Below, one piece after another: positions 17,601 through 21,407 of a DNA stretch of 21,407 bases. The position numbers were made by a program, and so were the translations under genes. The notes beneath the pieces were generated by a model, which searched no databases, was not told the origin of the DNA, and saw only the letters and a list, made by a program, of their open reading frames with translations. The DNA is taken from the NCBI GenBank assembly GCA_040005235.1, contig JBDTZG010000078.1, positions 1 through 21,407 on the forward strand. Reading direction: 5' to 3'. How positions within the stretch are numbered: the first letter of the stretch is position 1; each line of letters opens with the position of its first letter. This DNA comes from Acidobacteriota bacterium (GTDB taxonomy: Bacteria > Acidobacteriota > Thermoanaerobaculia > Multivoradales > UBA5704).

Positions 17601-20600
17601 CGATGGTGCCGCGGACGTTCGTGCGTCTGGATCGGCTCCCGACCAACGCCAACGACAAGTTCGATCGACGCGTGCTCGGTGCGCTCGCAGCCGAGGCGCT
17701 CAAGGGGAGCGCGGCGGAAGCGGAGTTCGCTCCCCGCACCGAGACCGAAGCACGGGTTGCGGCGATCTGGCGGGAACTGCTCGGCCGTGAGCGGGTGGGG
17801 GTCACGGATGACTTCTTCGCGCTCGGCGGGCATTCGCTTCTGGCGACGCTGCTCGCTTCACGCGTGCGCAGGGCGTTCGGGGTGGAGCTTCCCTTGCTGG
17901 AGCTGTTCGCGGGAGCGTCGGTGGCGTCGATCGCGGCGCGGGTGGATCAAAAGCTCACCGAGGGAGGGGACGTCGAACGAATCGTGCGCGGGGAGAGACC
18001 CTCGGACGTTCCGCTGTCGTTCTCTCAGGAGCGGCTCTGGTTCGTCGATCGGCTGGAGCCCGGGAAGGCGACTTACAACGTCGGATTCCGATTGACGCTC
18101 GAAGGGCCGTTTTCGGCCGCGGCGCTCGAAGCGGCGCTCGCCTCGGTCATCGCGCGGCACGAGCCGCTGCGCACCCGCTACGCGCAACCGGGCGACATCG
18201 CTCGCCAGGAGATCGCTCCTCCTTCGTTGAGGCTTTTTTCTCCCAGGCCGAGGATCGACCTGAGCGGCGGTCTTAGCGGGAGAGCGTCCGCCGAAGCGGC
18301 GCGGATCGCCAGATCGGAGGGGCGCCGGCCGTTCGATCTCGCCCGCGGGCCGGTGTCGCGCTTGGCGCTGCTCCAGCGCGGCCCCTTGCTCCACGATGCA
18401 ATCTTCACTTTCCACCACATCGCGATCGACGGCTGGTCGATCGCCATCTTCTCGCGCGAGATCGCCGAGCTGTACGCCGCCGCGATCGAAGGCCGCGAAG
18501 CGCATCTTCCTGAGCTGCCGATCGCCTACGCCGATTGGGCGATCTGGCAGAGAAAATGGCTTTCGGGCGAGCGATACGAGCGTGAACTTTCCTGGTGGCG
18601 GGAGCACCTTCAAGGAGCGCCGGAGGCGATCGATCTGCCCACCGACCGGCCGCGGCCGTCCGTGCCGAAACGCCATGCAGGCCAAGTCCGACGCACGCTG
18701 ACGCCCCGGCTGTCGCAAGCGCTCGCCGCCCGCGCGAACGCCGAAGCTTCGACTCCCTTCATGACGCTTTTAGCCGCCTGGGCAGGCCTCCTCGCCCGCC
18801 TGGGTTCGGGCGTGGATCTCGTCCTCGGCACCCCGATCGCGAACCGCAACCGCGCCGAAACCGAAGGGCTGATTGGCTTCTTCGTCAACTCGCTCCCCCT
18901 CCGTATCGCGGCGGAGCCCGCACCGACGTTGCGCTCGCTCCTGGCGACCGTGCGCGAGGCTTCCATCGGCGCGTTCGCCCACCAGGATTTTCCGTTCGAG
19001 CGCCTGGTAGCCGAGATGGGCGGGGCGAGAACTGGAAACATCCCGCCCATCTATCAGGTTTCGTTCGCGTTCCAGAACCTTCCGCCTCCGGTGATGCTTC
19101 CGGGTTTGATGACCACGGTCGAAGAATTGGACGGCGGTTCAGCGAAGCTGGACTTGGGGTTGGTGGTTACCCCGGTCGAGGAAGGCCTCGTCGGGCAGTT
19201 GGAGCTGAATCTGGATCTGTTCGATCCGGCGACGGGAGCCCGGCTGCTCGCCGGCTTCGAGCAGATGGCGGCGGAGCTGACGGCGCATCCGGAGAAGCTG
19301 CTGACCGAGGTGGAGCTTCTGGGGCCGGCGGAGCGGCAGCAACTGCTCATCGAATGGAGGGAAGGGGATCTCGCGCTGGCTCCTCTTCTCGTGCACGCCT
19401 TCATCGCGAAGAATGCGCGCGAGCGGCCGGAGGCTTTGGCTTTGGAGTCGGAGCACGAGCCGGGGCGGCGGTATACCTGGGCGGAAGTCGCAGCGCATAC
19501 GGATGGGTTGGCGCGGCGGCTTGTCGGGCTGGGTGCGGGGCCGGAGAAAGTGGTGGCGGTGTCGCTGGAGCGATCGGTCGATCGAGTGCTTGCGATGTTT
19601 GCCGTGTGGAAGGCGGGGGCCTGTTATCTGCCGGTCGATCCGGAGCTTCCGGAGGAGCGGCGGGCGCTGCTGCTTGGGGATGCCGGGGCGGTGGTGGTGA
19701 TGGTTAGGGATATGCCGTCGGAGGGGGAGGGGTGGATCGGGACGGTGGCTCCGCTTCTTATCAGTAAGGAGAGCGGATTGCCGGTGGACTCCGGACCGGA
19801 GGAGATTCCGCGAAGGGTGTTGCCGGAAAACCTTGCGTATGTCATCTACACCTCGGGCTCGACCGGGATGCCGAAAGGCGTGGGAATTTCGCACGCCCAT
19901 GCGGCCGGCCACTTCGCGGCGGCGGCGGGTTTCTATCGGATGGATGCAAGCGATCGGGTGGTGCAGTTTGCTTCCGCGAGCTTCGACGTTTCGATGGAGC
20001 AGGTGGGCGTGGCGTTGGCGGCGGGTGCGACGCTGGTGGTGCGGGGGCCGGAGTTGCCGGCGCCTTTGGAGCTTTCGGCTTGGCTGACGCGGTGGGGGAT
20101 CACGAACGCCAACCTGCCCACGGCAGTCTGGACCGAGTGGAGCTGGTCGGAGGCGCCGCTGCCTGAAGGGTTGCGCAATCTGGTGACCGGGGGGGAAGCG
20201 ATGACCCCGGCGGCAGCCGAGCGCTTCCGGCTGCGGCTCGCCGAGATGGAAAACCCTCCCGTCGTCTACAACGGCTACGGTCCGACCGAAACGGTGGTGA
20301 CCGCCACCTGTTACGACCTTCGCTATGGCCGTCTGCCGGAATCGGGCTCGGTGTCGATCGGGAAGCTGCTGCCGGGACGCACCGCCGTGGTCGTCGATCG
20401 GGAGGGCCGGCCGCAGCCGCTCGGCGGCGTCGGCGAGCTGGTGCTGGGGGGATTGCTCGCGCGCGGCTATCTCGATCGGCCGGACCTTACCGCCGAGCGA
20501 TTCCGTCCCGATCCCTTTATTGACAAAGACGGCGAGAGGCTCTACTGGACCGGCGACCGCGTAAGGCAGCGGGGCGACGGCGCGTTCGACTACCTGGGGC

Positions 20601-21406
20601 GCACCGACAGCCAGATCAAGATCCGCGGTTTCCGCATCGAGCCGGGGGAGATCGAAGCCGCTCTCGAATCTCACCCAGAGATCAAAGAAGCGATCGTCCT
20701 CGCGCGCGAAGCGCCGGGGATTGGGAAGCGGTTGATCGCGTGGTACGTGCCTCGTCCGGAAAAACCCCCATCCTGTCCTTCCCCCGGCTCCAACCCTCCC
20801 CCTCCCCGGGGGAAGGGACCCTTCACCGATTTCAAACGCTTTCTGGGAGGGCGACTTCCCGATTACATGGTGCCTTCGGCGTTCGTCGAGTTGGCGGAGT
20901 GGCCGCTCACGCCGACCGGCAAGGTCGATCGACGCGCGCTGCCCGATCCGGATTTCGAATCCATCTCGACCGAAAGGATCGCGCTCAAGACTCCGACCGA
21001 AGAGATCATCGCCGGCATCTATACGGATCTGCTCGGCGTCGGTGAAATCGGTGGCGATTCCGACTTCTTCGCGCTTGGCGGCCACTCGCTGCTCGCGACC
21101 CAACTGGCGTCCCGAATCCGCAGGACGTTCGGCGTCGAGTATCCCCTCGGTGAGCTTTTCGCTGCGGCCACAGTCGCCGCGATCGCCGAGCGGATCGACG
21201 CGCTCGGTGGAGGTCCGTCGGCGCCGCCTCTGAAAAAAAGAAAAGCGTCTGGGAAGGAGAACGGAGGCGAGCTTTCGTTCGCGGAGGAGCGGCTGTGGTT
21301 TCTCGACCGGCTCGATCCCGGAACGGCAACTTACAACGTGGGTTTTCGGCTTGCGCTCTCCGGCCCGCTCGCGTTTGCTCCGTTCGTCGCGGCGCTCTCC
21401 GCCGTC
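14654..21406 (+). CDS. Non-ribosomal peptide synthetase, C-A-PCP-C-A-PCP-C(partial), runs off the window
   Basis: Absent from the ORF track because it has no stop. The frame opens after TAG 14630-14632, and the first start is TTG 14654 (alternative ATG 14747). C1: SFGQEALWF, HHLVADFWS (15122). A1: YVVFTSGSTGAPKG, YGPAE, YRTGD. PCP1: FFALGGHS (Ser 17834). C2: LSFSQERLWF, HHIAIDGWS (18413), LPTDRPRP. A2: YVIYTSGSTGMPKG, YGPTE, TGKVDR. PCP2: FFALGGHS (Ser 21086). C3 begins LSFAEERLWF (~21270). Confidence 0.95.
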   Translation, partial: MSELPSTERVVEERVDGPPAAERVCVLVVAPMSFGQEALWFLSRLAPESRAYHLCGAARLLAPCDGERLERAFAALGRQHPVLRTTFGEAADGTPEQRVGAGPGIAFSQASVDQPDDCDSLLRRELDRPFDLERGPLVRAGLISTRDGECVLWLAAHHLVADFWSLAVMLRDLGTAYAQGGEPVEVESSAEPQLSYAEWAIRQRERAAGEGERELAAWKAVLAGELPRLELPTDRPRRAKTTWAGGGVDLSVSADAVRALGRSARAAKSNLFSALLTAFQAFLARLSGQSDLIVGAPTTGRFGARVADQVGYFVNPVPVRADLSGDPTFAELLARQKPTIETALALQAYPFSRLAEEIQPERDPGRSPIFDAMLAYEKARGGEGFWGFALGLAGTRVDLGGLALESLRVEPSGSAFDLALAVSEVAGGLAGSLRFSTELFDRATVERWAGWLVRLIEGVAHQPALRLSDLPLFSAAERSELLAWGEGPPAPAPVPGELEPLLIDHHVAAQALRTPQALAVEAADGRYTYAELMARADALAGRLVRLDGGECGAEPMRVAICLDRSAEFVVALLGVLRAGATYVPIDPAYPEVRRAQMVESAGAVAIVTRSEHAGPWCAGVALIVPDSEFDSGLDAPPERFGSEPLDLGENPSLRFRDPDQLAYVVFTSGSTGAPKGVAISHRAALHFIGCHLRYLLWVPADRSAQIVGPGFDPIVAEIFPALIVGASLHVPSAEVRQSPPRLLAWLAAERVSVALLPTPLAEAVFAEPAAAVLRLRVLHTGGDRLHRGAPGSFRLVNQYGPAENSVVTTYADVAVDDPNPSIGRPIEGVRVYLLDRWQNLMPTGSVGELVAAGPGLARGYLGDPAQTAERFRPDPFAASSGGAPGSRMYRTGDLARFRREPPHEIDFLGRIDHQVKIRGQRIELGEIETALVEIPGVREAVVLIHELTPGDRRLVAFVVLSRQTPLLPDADLIEPLRRRLTDAMVPRTFVRLDRLPTNANDKFDRRVLGALAAEALKGSAAEAEFAPRTETEARVAAIWRELLGRERVGVTDDFFALGGHSLLATLLASRVRRAFGVELPLLELFAGASVASIAARVDQKLTEGGDVERIVRGERPSDVPLSFSQERLWFVDRLEPGKATYNVGFRLTLEGPFSAAALEAALASVIARHEPLRTRYAQPGDIARQEIAPPSLRLFSPRPRIDLSGGLSGRASAEAARIARSEGRRPFDLARGPVSRLALLQRGPLLHDAIFTFHHIAIDGWSIAIFSREIAELYAAAIEGREAHLPELPIAYADWAIWQRKWLSGERYERELSWWREHLQGAPEAIDLPTDRPRPSVPKRHAGQVRRTLTPRLSQALAARANAEASTPFMTLLAAWAGLLARLGSGVDLVLGTPIANRNRAETEGLIGFFVNSLPLRIAAEPAPTLRSLLATVREASIGAFAHQDFPFERLVAEMGGARTGNIPPIYQVSFAFQNLPPPVMLPGLMTTVEELDGGSAKLDLGLVVTPVEEGLVGQLELNLDLFDPATGARLLAGFEQMAAELTAHPEKLLTEVELLGPAERQQLLIEWREGDLALAPLLVHAFIAKNARERPEALALESEHEPGRRYTWAEVAAHTDGLARRLVGLGAGPEKVVAVSLERSVDRVLAMFAVWKAGACYLPVDPELPEERRALLLGDAGAVVVMVRDMPSEGEGWIGTVAPLLISKESGLPVDSGPEEIPRRVLPENLAYVIYTSGSTGMPKGVGISHAHAAGHFAAAAGFYRMDASDRVVQFASASFDVSMEQVGVALAAGATLVVRGPELPAPLELSAWLTRWGITNANLPTAVWTEWSWSEAPLPEGLRNLVTGGEAMTPAAAERFRLRLAEMENPPVVYNGYGPTETVVTATCYDLRYGRLPESGSVSIGKLLPGRTAVVVDREGRPQPLGGVGELVLGGLLARGYLDRPDLTAERFRPDPFIDKDGERLYWTGDRVRQRGDGAFDYLGRTDSQIKIRGFRIEPGEIEAALESHPEIKEAIVLAREAPGIGKRLIAWYVPRPEKPPSCPSPGSNPPPPRGKGPFTDFKRFLGGRLPDYMVPSAFVELAEWPLTPTGKVDRRALPDPDFESISTERIALKTPTEEIIAGIYTDLLGVGEIGGDSDFFALGGHSLLATQLASRIRRTFGVEYPLGELFAAATVAAIAERIDALGGGPSAPPLKKRKASGKENGGELSFAEERLWFLDRLDPGTATYNVGFRLALSGPLAFAPFVAALSAV
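20765..20820. repeat. Palindromic REP-like element inserted in frame in the NRPS A2 C-terminal subdomain
   Basis: Perfect 11-bp arms CCTTCCCCCGG 20777-20787 / CCGGGGGAAGG 20806-20816, preceded by CCCCCATCCTGT. It translates as KPPSCPSPGSNPPPPRGKGP. Confidence 0.65.
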
Positions 21407-21407
21407 G

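Noticed and set aside
21233-21244. A-rich tract in the NRPS PCP2-C3 linker as a frameshift or phase-variation site
   Set aside because: The frame stays open and leads directly into LSFAEERLWF. There is no evidence of slippage.
1-21407. tRNA, rRNA, integrase or transposase genes
   Set aside because: None recognised. Intergenic gaps are short and show no cloverleaf or terminal-repeat signatures.

Overview
GC-rich bacterial window of about 14 genes. The gene style suggests an Acidobacteriota/Myxococcota-type organism, but this is inference only. Left to right: (1) a cell-surface glycan-modification block with a partial SAM methyltransferase translationally coupled to a GT-C/ArnT-like membrane glycosyltransferase, a divergent Ig-fold lipoprotein, and a sulfotransferase-like protein with a coiled-coil tail; (2) a lower-GC Xre/MbcA-RES type II toxin-antitoxin pair; (3) an exported sulfatase with a CxAxR motif; (4) three tandem 20-bp palindrome-containing repeats, then an exported WCPHC thioredoxin resembling eukaryotic ERp18/TXNDC12 and a small secreted Cys-rich protein; (5) a gingipain/PorU-like C25 peptidase with no T9SS C-terminal domain, coupled to an FN3-like lipoprotein; (6) a lone ATP-grasp gene; (7) kynU-kynA without kynB; (8) a large NRPS absent from the ORF track (C-A-PCP-C-A-PCP-C..., open at the window end). 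The NRPS has an atypical HHxxxDF first C domain, an unusual A1 specificity code, a G-skewed segment and an in-frame palindromic insertion. The best novelty candidates are the thioredoxin/Cys-rich protein pair, the C25 peptidase/lipoprotein pair and the kyn-adjacent NRPS. All calls come from manual reading of motifs; no database searches were run.
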